From Myxococcota bacterium (lineage in GTDB: Bacteria; Myxococcota_A; Polyangia; Nannocystales; Nannocystaceae), in NCBI GenBank assembly GCA_039028615.1, contig JBCCHT010000023.1, positions 1-64,000 of the forward strand: DNA of 64,000 nt, given 5' to 3'. A program made the translations under genes and the position numbers. How positions within the stretch are numbered: the stretch's first letter is position 1; each line of letters opens with the position of its first letter. Below the pieces are notes generated by a model that was not told where the DNA came from, did no database searches, and worked only from the letters and a program-made list of their open reading frames with translations. This document shows, piece after piece, positions 1 to 10,175 of this stretch.

Positions 1-817
1 CCGCCCTGGGATCGGGCGCGTCCTTGGTGGGAGGCGGGGACGCTGACATCGCGTCGCCATTGCGCCGTCGCTCCGGCTCCTCGCCATCGGTGGGTGCGTC
101 GCTCGAAGCCACGACCGCCGGAGGCTCGCCTTCACGCGACGGCACTGCCGTGACCGCGACGGCGGCCGCTGCCGTCACCGCCGCTGCGGTCGCAACGAGC
201 TTCATCGCACCGAGTGTCGCGAGCCATGGCTTGGACGCCACCGCGGGCAGATGGCCCGCCAGCAGCGCGAACCGACGATCGACCTGCGCCCGCGAAGGCC
301 TGGCTCCCTCGACGGCCAGCAGCTCGGCACGAAGCTGCGCCCGAGCGGCCCGCAGGTGACTCGAGACCGTGCTCGGGCTGAGCTGCAACGCTTCGGCGAT
401 CTCGCGACCGGTTCGCCCCTCGAGTTCCCCGCGCAGGAAAATCGTGCGACGCAGCGGCGTCAACCCTTCGAGGAACTGGGCGAGAAAGTCACTGGCCTCG
501 ATGCGCCCTCGGGACTCGTGCGCGCCATGGGTGAGCTCGGCCAACGCATCGCGCTTTCGCGACCGCCGCTGCTGACCCCGACGGTGGCGAAAAGCCACTC
601 GCCGCGCGATGCCGACCAACCACGGTCGAACCGGTCGGTCGCCGTCGAACGTGTCGAGGCGTCGATAGGCGGTGAGGAACACCTCCTGGTGGGCGTCGGC
701 CACCGACTCGACGCCGAGGCGCGACAAGACCGTCCACACGTACCCCGCGTGCGCCCGATAGAGCACCTCGAAGTCGGTGAGCTGAGCCCGACAGGTCGAT
801 CCCGATGTCGCACGCAC
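1..817 (-). CDS. ECF sigma-70 factor with C-terminal hydrophobic segment and Pro/Ala-rich extension (runs off window edge)
   Basis: Not in the ORF track (no stop in window). Manual translation gives FEVLYRAHAGYVW..VADAHQEVFLTAYRRLDTFDG..PWLVGIARR (region 2) and LEGRTGREIAEALQLSPSTVSSHLRAAR (region 4), then KLVATAAAVTAAAAVAVTAV. Start GTG at 817 is approximate. Confidence 0.85.
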   Translation of the reverse strand, partial: MRATSGSTCRAQLTDFEVLYRAHAGYVWTVLSRLGVESVADAHQEVFLTAYRRLDTFDGDRPVRPWLVGIARRVAFRHRRGQQRRSRKRDALAELTHGAHESRGRIEASDFLAQFLEGLTPLRRTIFLRGELEGRTGREIAEALQLSPSTVSSHLRAARAQLRAELLAVEGARPSRAQVDRRFALLAGHLPAVASKPWLATLGAMKLVATAAAVTAAAAVAVTAVPSREGEPPAVVASSDAPTDGEEPERRRNGDAMSASPPPTKDAPDPRA

Positions 818-927
818 TCTACTCAGAGGGTTCTCCGGCTCGGCGCTCGCGTGCGGATCGCCGAGTTTTTTTCTTCCGGGCCGAGGCTCCGCGCGATACG
901 CAGCGTTACTCTTCGCGTGTGCCGTCG

Positions 928-1938
928 TCATGAGCCCCACCGAATCTCCACCCCCGCGAGGCCGCGGATCGGCACGGGCCAGGTGCGGTGAAAGGTCTGC
1001 CCGCGGTAGCGGTAGTCGAACTGCCGCAACAACACCAACAGCTCGGCGCCCACCGTCACCGCCATCATGGGGGTGACGTCGATGGCGATCGAGCCGCGGC
1101 CGAAGGCACCGATCCACAGATTCCGTGCCGTCTCGTCTCCGCCGACCCCGAAGCCCAATGCCGTCGCGCCGCCGAGCTCGGGGCCGACGCACTGGGATAG
1201 CTCTACGCGCCGCCCCACGCCCGCACGCACGCACGCCCCGGCTCGGGCGGCTCCGACCAGCACCTCTCCCTGCGTCTCGGGCGTGCTGCCCTCGACCTGC
1301 TGAGGAACCAGCGTCATGCCCTCGGCAAAGAACTTCATCCACGGCGTACGCCACCCCACTCCCACGACCGGGCCGGGTGCGATCCGAGGCATCGAGCCAC
1401 CGTCCACGATCAAGCCCCCCACGAGGGTCGGGCCGCGATCGAGCCGCGGCTGCGCTCGCCTTCGCGGCGCGCGTGGGCGTGTCGTCGGAGGCTCGGGGGG
1501 CGGCTCCGTTCGCGTTGGCCGGGGCCCTGCCGGGGACACGTCCACCTGCACATCCGGTGGCTTCGCGGGCGCTTCGACGGGATGAGGCCGGACGATGGTC
1601 GGCGGATGCGGCTCGTCGAGTCGCTGCGTCAGGGTCTCGGGATCGGACATCACGGCGACCACCAACACCGCAGCCTCGGCGAGGCGGGCACAATCGGGGG
1701 CCTGCAGCTCGCGTCGATTGACGTGCCCACGCCAGTGGATGGTGAGCAGTGCATGCCACCCCGATCCCCGCGGGCGCACGAGGGCATGCGCCTCCACTTC
1801 CGTGGTCGCGTCGCCGAGCAATGCCTCGTGGTACGCGGCGAGAGCTTCGGCATCCGGGCAACCGGAGGCCGGGGCGTCCCACCGAAGCGGGGATTCCGTG
1901 GGTGCGGTGACGGCTAGCAACAGGGACGGCAGCCACAT
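928..1938 (-). CDS. secreted hypothetical protein with Pro-rich linker and beta-strand-rich C-terminus (possible outer-membrane protein)
   Basis: Signal peptide MWLPSLLLAVTA; Cys pair in the N-domain; amphipathic beta-strands ending GVEIRW; co-oriented upstream of the ECF gene. Confidence 0.65.
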   Translation of the reverse strand: MWLPSLLLAVTAPTESPLRWDAPASGCPDAEALAAYHEALLGDATTEVEAHALVRPRGSGWHALLTIHWRGHVNRRELQAPDCARLAEAAVLVVAVMSDPETLTQRLDEPHPPTIVRPHPVEAPAKPPDVQVDVSPAGPRPTRTEPPPEPPTTRPRAPRRRAQPRLDRGPTLVGGLIVDGGSMPRIAPGPVVGVGWRTPWMKFFAEGMTLVPQQVEGSTPETQGEVLVGAARAGACVRAGVGRRVELSQCVGPELGGATALGFGVGGDETARNLWIGAFGRGSIAIDVTPMMAVTVGAELLVLLRQFDYRYRGQTFHRTWPVPIRGLAGVEIRWGS

Positions 1939-2147
1939 GAAACGATCGCGAACTCTAGCAATGCCACCTACGCACTGTATCGCCTGTTGGCCCGCTGTCG
2001 AGTCGGTACGAGCATGACCGCTCGATGTACCAGCGATGGCATTTCGAATCCCGCCGAACGAGCACGATTTTGATAGCGCCCGCTCATCGGCCGTGCAGGC
2101 GCAACCGTGGAGTCACGAAGACCCCATGGCTCCGCCCGTTGGCTCGC

Positions 2148-2768
2148 CTACTTCGCGCCGTGCTCGAGCTCGTCTCGGACGTTCTTCGCCCAACCGTCGA
2201 GGTCGGCCAGGGTCGACTCCAGCACTTCCGCCGACTCGCCGATCTCTTCCATGATGACCCGCAGCCGGTTCTTGGCGCGGTGCAGCCGGCTACGGACCGC
2301 GGCCTCCGTCAGCTCGAGCACCGCCCCGAGTTCCTTGGCGGTGAGGCTCTCCCACAAGAACAGCTCCAGCACGATCTGATCGTCGATGGGGAGTCGGCGA
2401 AGACCTTCCAATAACAGTCGCTTCTCCGCTTTGTCCGCCACGACCGCGCTGGGGCTGGCCCCGAGATCGACGGCGCTATGAGAGCCGAAGTCGAGGCGCC
2501 CCTCCTTCCGTTGGCGACGCCGGTAGTGCTGCCGCAAGGTGTTGCGGGCCGTACCGAACAGGAAGGCGCGAAACGAGGCGTCGCCTCTAAAGGAGGCATG
2601 ACCACGGACGACGGCGAGGAACGTCTCTTGGACCAGGTCCTCCATCTCCGACAGCCCCTTGGCCCGAAAGAAGCGATACACGCTGGAGTAGTGGCGCTCG
2701 AAGACCGCCTTGCCGGCCTGCTCGTCGCCCGATGCCCACGCAGCGAGCAGTTCGTGGTCGGTCGGCAT
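2148..2768 (-). CDS. ECF RNA polymerase sigma factor
   Basis: MPTDHELLAAW..EDLVQETFL..FRGDASFRAFLFGTARN..ELGAVLELTEAAVRSRLHRAK; start trimmed to ATG 2768. Confidence 0.92.
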   Translation of the reverse strand: MPTDHELLAAWASGDEQAGKAVFERHYSSVYRFFRAKGLSEMEDLVQETFLAVVRGHASFRGDASFRAFLFGTARNTLRQHYRRRQRKEGRLDFGSHSAVDLGASPSAVVADKAEKRLLLEGLRRLPIDDQIVLELFLWESLTAKELGAVLELTEAAVRSRLHRAKNRLRVIMEEIGESAEVLESTLADLDGWAKNVRDELEHGAK

Positions 2769-2976
2769 GGAACCCGACGGTAGCCCGAACCCACGGCGAT
2801 GGCAGGAACCCGCCGTTGCCTGCTGACAACGGCGTTCGATGGCCATTCCGAAGAAAGTACAGATCGCCGGGAATGGTCTGTGGCCGTCCGGCCACTTCAT
2901 CGGCGCGATGCCGATCGGGTCCATGTTCCGAGCGGCGCCACCCGGGCGAGGAGCCCGAGCAGAGGAACTCACGAAG

Positions 2977-3323
2977 ATGAACGAGAAGGTATGTGTGGCA
3001 ATGATGGTCCTCGCGATCGGCTGTGTCGTGGACGCGGACGAGTCCGGTGAAGGCGACGGCGTCGCCGAGATCGTCGAGAACCTGAGCCGAGCAGGCTTCC
3101 CCGAGGAGGAGATCTATGCGGCCGAGGGGTTCACGGTATGCTCTGCAACATGTCCACCGGTTCGAGCTTCGCCGCCCCGGTCTCGATCTCGGACTACCCC
3201 ACCGACGACGCCGACTGGGATTCGCCGGAGTACTACCAAACCCTGGCCATGACCGACGTCGACGACGACGGCGAGCTCGAGGTCTGCGGTCGCGCCTCGG
3301 ACGGGATTCGCTGTAGCCGCTGA
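2977..3323 (+). pseudogene. internally deleted secreted protein: lipoprotein/M57-protease-like N-terminus joined out of frame to a terminal FG-GAP/VCBS repeat
   Basis: Frame 1: MNEKVCVAMMVLAIGC..EIVENLSRAGFPEEEI. After about 3130 a different frame reads WDSPEYYQTLAMTDVDDDGELEVCGRASDGIRCSR*. Confidence 0.6.
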
Positions 3324-3338
3324 CTCGAGGATCACCCG

Positions 3339-6300
3339 GTGAACACCACGGATTCACCCGACTCGGACCGCTCTGCCCTCGACGAGGCGGAGCGGTCTTC
3401 GTCGTCCGGCACCGTCCCCGCCGATCCCCGCGACTCGAGCGGCTCCGGGCTCGCCGAGCAGGAGCTGGTGCGGGCCTCCGTGATGTCTCGGCTGTTCAGC
3501 GCCCATGAGACCGAAGCCCCTCGCATCGGCCGCTTCGTCGTCCTGCGAAGGCTCGGCGAATGGGGCATGGGCATCGTGTACGCGGCGTACGACGAGAAGC
3601 TCGACCGCCGGGTCGCCATCAAGGTGTTGCGGCGCGAACTCGATGCATCCGCGCGCGGGCGGATCCTCCGCGAGGCCAAGGCGATGGCGACGATCAGCCA
3701 TCCCAACGTGGTGCCCGTGTTCGAGATCGGCGAGCACGGCGAGGACCTGTTCATCGTCATGGAGTTCCTGCCCGGGCAGCCGCTCGACCGGTGGCAGCAA
3801 CAGCCCGAGCGCAGCGAGGCCGAGGTGCTCGCGGCCTACGTCCTCGCCGGTCGAGGCCTCGCCTGCGCCCACGGCCACGGGCTGATTCATCGCGACTTCA
3901 AGCCGCACAACGTGATGGCGCAGACCGCCGAAGATGGGCAGCTCGGCGTTCGTGTGCTGGACTTCGGCCTGGCTCGACGCGCAGAGGAACTCCCGTCGGT
4001 CGAGCGGCCTCGGCCAAAGCCCCCCGACGAGACCACGAGCGCCAGCGATCGGATGACGGCCACGGGCGCGATCTTGGGGACGCCCGCATACATGGCTCCC
4101 GAGCAGTTCACGAGCGCGTCCGTGGGCGCGGCGGCGGATCAATTTTCGTTCTGCGTCGCGCTTTGGGAGGGGCTCTACGGCACGCGGCCCTTTGTCGGGC
4201 ACACGGTGGCGGAGCTTCGAGACGCCATCACGGCCGGGCTGACCACCAGTCCCCCACGCCGCGCGACGCTGCCGGTCGAGGTCGGCGTGGCGCTCGAGCG
4301 CGGGCTGCAGGTCGATCCCGACGCCCGCCATGCCTCGATGAACGCGTTGCTGATCGCGCTGACCCCCGAGGAGCCCACCCGTCGTTGGCCGCTGGTCGTG
4401 GCCGGTCTCGCCGTGCTCGGCGTGGGCGGGGCCGGCCTGATTGCGTGGCAGCAAGCACGAGCCGAACGGTGCAGCGGTGCGCCCGAGCAAATGACGGGCG
4501 TATGGGACGCGGAGCGGCGAGCCGAGGTCGAGTCGTCGATGCTCGGCATCGACAACGAGTACGCACAGGTGGCCTGGTCGCGAAGCTCCGCCGAGCTCGA
4601 CGCCTACGCCGAGGCGTGGACGGGCATGTTCACCGAAGTGTGCGAAGCCACCACCATCCGACGCGAGCAATCCACCGAGGCGATGGATCTACGCATGACC
4701 TGCCTGCATACCGCCCGGCGAGAGCTGGCGACGGTGACAGAGGTGTTGAGCGATGCCGATGCCAAGGCCGTGCAGAAGGTGGACGAGCTGCTGGGAACCC
4801 TGGCGCCGCTGGAGCGCTGTGCCGACCTCGATGCCCTCGGGCGCGACGTGCCCCCGCCCTCCGCGGCAGAAGCCGAGATGGTCGAGCGCGTCCGGGAGCT
4901 GCTCGCCGAGGCAGAGGCGCAACGCAAGGTCGGTCGCATCGACCGGGCGGCAGAGCGTCTGAGCGAGGCCCAAGCGCTGGCGGAGGGTGTCGAGTACGAG
5001 CCCCTTCGAAGCGAGCTCGACCTCGAGCGGGGTGAAGTGCTCGACCTGCAGGGCGACTACGAGCAGTCCGAGCAGGCCCTCGAAGACGCGCTGAAACGAG
5101 CGACGCGCTGGGATCAGCGAGAGATCATGGAACGCGCAGCTCGCGGCCTGATCTCGGTCATCGGGGACGCGCAGCGAAAGCCCGAGCAAGCGCTCCGCTA
5201 CCGAGAGGTCGCCGAGGGTCTCGCCGAAGGTGACCCGCTCCGGGAGGCCGCCGTCCGACTCAACCTGGCGACGGTCCTCCGCCGCCACGACGCTCTGACC
5301 GAAGCGGAGACTCAGATCCGGCGCGCCCTCGAGCTCCGCGAGGGCGCGTTGGGTCCCGACGATCCCGCCGTCGCGGTCGCGCGAAACAACCTCGCCCTGA
5401 TCGTGCGCAGCCAGGGCAAGCAGGCAGACGCCAAACAGCTGCTGCGTCAGGTGCTGGAGACGAGAAAACGGACGCTGGGTTCCGACCACCCCGACGTCGG
5501 GCAGTCCTACAACAACCTGGCCACGAGCCTGGCCATGGGCGGTGCCCTCGACGAGGCCCTGCCCTTGTTCGAGCAAGCCCTGGACGTGTGGGAGCGATCG
5601 CTGGGGCCCGATCACCCGCTCGTCGCGGGCGTCCTCCACAACCTCGGGATGACCCAGCGGCGGCTCAAAGACCCATCCGCGGCCGAGTCACGGCTGCGGC
5701 GAGCGCTCGAGATTCGCGAGCGCACGCTCGAGCCCACGCACCCCGCCATCGCCTCGACCCGGGGAGAACTCGCCAATGTCTACGGGGACAACGGTGACTT
5801 CGTCAGGGCAGAGCGAGAGCTTCAGCTCGCGCTCACCATGACGGAGCAGCGACTGGGACCCGACCACTCCCGGGTGGGCATTCGCCTCAACCAGCTCGCC
5901 GAGATTCACCTGCAGCAAGGCCGATTCGAGGACTGCGAGCGAGACTCCCGACGGACGCTGGAGATCTTCGAAGCAACGCTGGGGCCCGAGCACGTCAATA
6001 TGGCCAAGGCACGTCTCATGCTCGGCCGGGCGCTGCTTTCTCGGGGGGAGCACACGGAAGCGGGACGGGAACTGGCGCAGGCACGGACGCTGGCACAGAA
6101 AGTCCTGGACCCCGCCGATCCTGCCCTGGCCGAGGCGCACACGCTGGAGGCGATGGCCCTGCTTGCCGGGGGCGACCCCGAGTCCGCGCGACCGCTGGCC
6201 GAGCGAGCATGGTCGAACCTGCAGCAGGGCAGCGCCGACCCGGTGCAACGAGCCGAAGCGGCCTTGGTGCTCGCCCGCGCGCTATGGGCCGCGAGCGACG

Positions 6301-6428
6301 ATGATGCACACCTGCGAGCGATCGAGGTCGCTCGAGCGGGAATCGTGGGTGATACATCGAAAGCTCCAGAACTGGCGAAGAGCCACGCGCAGCTGAGCGC
6401 GTGGCTTCGCGACAAAGAACAACAGTAG
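3339..6428 (+). CDS. membrane Ser/Thr protein kinase with TPR repeats
   Basis: VAIK, HRDFKPHN, DFG and GTPAYMAPE motifs; TM segment WPLVVAGLAVLGVGGAGLIAW; LGPDHP-type TPR repeats. Confidence 0.95.
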   Translation: MNTTDSPDSDRSALDEAERSSSSGTVPADPRDSSGSGLAEQELVRASVMSRLFSAHETEAPRIGRFVVLRRLGEWGMGIVYAAYDEKLDRRVAIKVLRRELDASARGRILREAKAMATISHPNVVPVFEIGEHGEDLFIVMEFLPGQPLDRWQQQPERSEAEVLAAYVLAGRGLACAHGHGLIHRDFKPHNVMAQTAEDGQLGVRVLDFGLARRAEELPSVERPRPKPPDETTSASDRMTATGAILGTPAYMAPEQFTSASVGAAADQFSFCVALWEGLYGTRPFVGHTVAELRDAITAGLTTSPPRRATLPVEVGVALERGLQVDPDARHASMNALLIALTPEEPTRRWPLVVAGLAVLGVGGAGLIAWQQARAERCSGAPEQMTGVWDAERRAEVESSMLGIDNEYAQVAWSRSSAELDAYAEAWTGMFTEVCEATTIRREQSTEAMDLRMTCLHTARRELATVTEVLSDADAKAVQKVDELLGTLAPLERCADLDALGRDVPPPSAAEAEMVERVRELLAEAEAQRKVGRIDRAAERLSEAQALAEGVEYEPLRSELDLERGEVLDLQGDYEQSEQALEDALKRATRWDQREIMERAARGLISVIGDAQRKPEQALRYREVAEGLAEGDPLREAAVRLNLATVLRRHDALTEAETQIRRALELREGALGPDDPAVAVARNNLALIVRSQGKQADAKQLLRQVLETRKRTLGSDHPDVGQSYNNLATSLAMGGALDEALPLFEQALDVWERSLGPDHPLVAGVLHNLGMTQRRLKDPSAAESRLRRALEIRERTLEPTHPAIASTRGELANVYGDNGDFVRAERELQLALTMTEQRLGPDHSRVGIRLNQLAEIHLQQGRFEDCERDSRRTLEIFEATLGPEHVNMAKARLMLGRALLSRGEHTEAGRELAQARTLAQKVLDPADPALAEAHTLEAMALLAGGDPESARPLAERAWSNLQQGSADPVQRAEAALVLARALWAASDDDAHLRAIEVARAGIVGDTSKAPELAKSHAQLSAWLRDKEQQ

Positions 6429-6502
6429 CGATCCGGGAGGGAATCGAACCCTCGACCTGCGGGATAAGAAGCCGCCGCTCTAACCAACTGAGCTACCAGA
6501 CC
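6429..6502 (-). tRNA. tRNA-Lys(CTT), atypical
   Basis: GGTCTGG TA GCTCAGTTGGTTAGAGC G GCGGC TTCTTAT CCCGC AGGTC GAGGG TTCGATT CCCTC CCGGATC G; followed by CTA instead of CCA. Confidence 0.85.
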
Positions 6503-6520
6503 GACGTGCACGTCGGCGTA

Positions 6521-6597
6521 TGGCGATCCGGGAGGGAGTCGAACCCTCGACATGTGGGTTAAAAAGCCACCGCTCTAACCAACTGAGCTACCGGACC
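6521..6597 (-). tRNA. tRNA-Lys(TTT), atypical
   Basis: GGTCCGG TA GCTCAGTTGGTTAGAGC G GTGGC TTTTTAA CCCAC ATGTC GAGGG TTCGACT CCCTC CCGGATC G CCA. Confidence 0.92.
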
Positions 6598-6617
6598 GAC
6601 GAGGTACGCCGACAGGC

Positions 6618-6645
6618 GCCCGCACGCCGGCTACGGCGTGCGGGC
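6618..6645. repeat. perfect 12-bp inverted repeat in tRNA spacer
   Basis: GCCCGCACGCCG-GCTA-CGGCGTGCGGGC. Confidence 0.9.
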
Positions 6646-6711
6646 TACGGTTTACGCCGCGTACCCCGAAAACGAAGGATGTGAATTGGATGGGACATTG
6701 AAAGTGTCTCT

Positions 6712-6790
6712 TGGAGGGCCAGACGGGACTCGAACCCGCATTCTTCTCGTTTAACAGACGAGTGCTGCAACCAGATTCAGCTACTGACCC
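6712..6790 (-). tRNA. tRNA-Asn(GTT), atypical
   Basis: GGGTCAG TA GCTGAATCTGGTTGCAGC A CTCGT CTGTTAA ACGAG AAGAAT GCGGG TTCGAGT CCCGT CTGGCCC T CCA. Confidence 0.88.
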
Positions 6791-6848
6791 GCGAGGACTC
6801 GGCCCGCACGAGGCGGGGTCGAGTTCAATCGTCGTGTCACTCTAGGCT

Positions 6849-6874
6849 GCCCGCACGCAAGGACGCGTGCGGGC
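6849..6874. repeat. 10-bp inverted repeat in tRNA spacer with the same arm as 6618-6645
   Basis: GCCCGCACGC-AAGGAC-GCGTGCGGGC. Confidence 0.9.
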
Positions 6875-6887
6875 TACCGATTGCGCT

Positions 6888-6962
6888 TGGTGCCTCGGGA
6901 CGGAGTCGAACCGCCGACGCCCACGCCTTCAACGTAGCGCTCTACCGCTGAGCTACCGAGGC
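6888..6962 (-). tRNA. tRNA-Phe(GAA)
   Basis: GCCTCGG TA GCTCAGCGGTAGAGC G CTACG TTGAAGG CGTGG GCGTC GGCGG TTCGACT CCGTC CCGAGGC A CCA. Confidence 0.9.
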
Positions 6963-7093
6963 CATTGTGTCGGTGCTGCCCGGTCACGCCTACGCGCGCG
7001 CCGGGCCACACAAACGGCTCGGTGATGCCAACCATGGGGCGAGATGAACGAGACATCGGAATCGACTTTCCAAAGACGACGAAGAGAAACAAC

Positions 7094-7170
7094 TGGAGCC
7101 GGTAGCAGGACTCGAACCCGCAACCCCCTGATTACGAAACAGGTGCTCTACCCGATTGAGCTATACCGAC
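7094..7170 (-). tRNA. tRNA-Thr(CGT)
   Basis: GTCGGTA TA GCTCAATCGGGTAGAGC A CCTGT TTCGTAA TCAGG GGGTT GCGGG TTCGAGT CCTGC TACCGGC T CCA. Confidence 0.92.
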
Positions 7171-7264
7171 GCGAAGGCGCTGATCGGTCGCTACGGGTCT
7201 TTCTACGGTCGTGGGAGCACTCCTGGTGCTCGCCTGGAAAATCAGCCTTACACCGAGGAAACGC

Positions 7265-7360
7265 TCAACACGAGCCAAATTTACGGCTATTCGAAGCCGT
7301 AAACGAACCCATCGCGACCGGATTGGTCGTCGTGTGGGTCTTTGTCGTGGTGCGTTTCAT
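7265..7360 (-). CDS. putative 31-aa leader peptide of the tRNA operon (thrL-like)
   Basis: ATG 7360 to TGA 7265: MKRTTTKTHTTTNPVAMGSFTASNSRKFGSC; weak SD (GGAA) upstream; overlaps a hairpin at 7280-7303. Confidence 0.55.
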   Translation of the reverse strand: MKRTTTKTHTTTNPVAMGSFTASNSRKFGSC

Positions 7361-7398
7361 GGCGTAGTTCCGTTGGACCGCCGAAGCGATCTTCAAAC

Positions 7399-7427
7399 GG
7401 TTTAGGGGATGAATACGGACGGGTCAA
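7399..7427 (-). promoter_or_regulatory. sigma70-like promoter for the leader/tRNA operon
   Basis: Minus strand TTGACC (7427-7422), 17-nt spacer, TAAACC (7404-7399); AT-rich tract upstream. Confidence 0.55.
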
Positions 7428-7465
7428 GCATTCGATCGAAAAAAGAATGCGGCACGGTTTCGGAC

Positions 7466-10105
<2,640 letters not shown>

Positions 10106-10175
10106 GCTCGGCTACAACCGAACGCGGGAGCAACGAGCGCCCGAGCTTCGGCGTCGCGATGCCTACCGGACGCGC

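Noticed and set aside
251..991. Long ORF-track entries such as 251-991(+), 11349-13034(+), 18289-20154(-), 38620-41469(-) and the first ~950 aa of 38607-42140(+)
   Set aside because: Antisense or off-frame shadows of recognisable genes, typical of high-GC DNA; no motifs of their own.
6521..6597. tRNA-Lys(TTT) as a quadruplet or frameshift suppressor (five T's in the loop)
   Set aside because: The anticodon arm is the normal 17 nt; the apparent 9-nt loop comes only from the C31·C39 mismatch.
6429..7170. tRNA cluster as a prophage/ICE attachment site
   Set aside because: No integrase, phage genes or duplicated tRNA 3' fragment seen in the window; the Lys duplication is two full genes.
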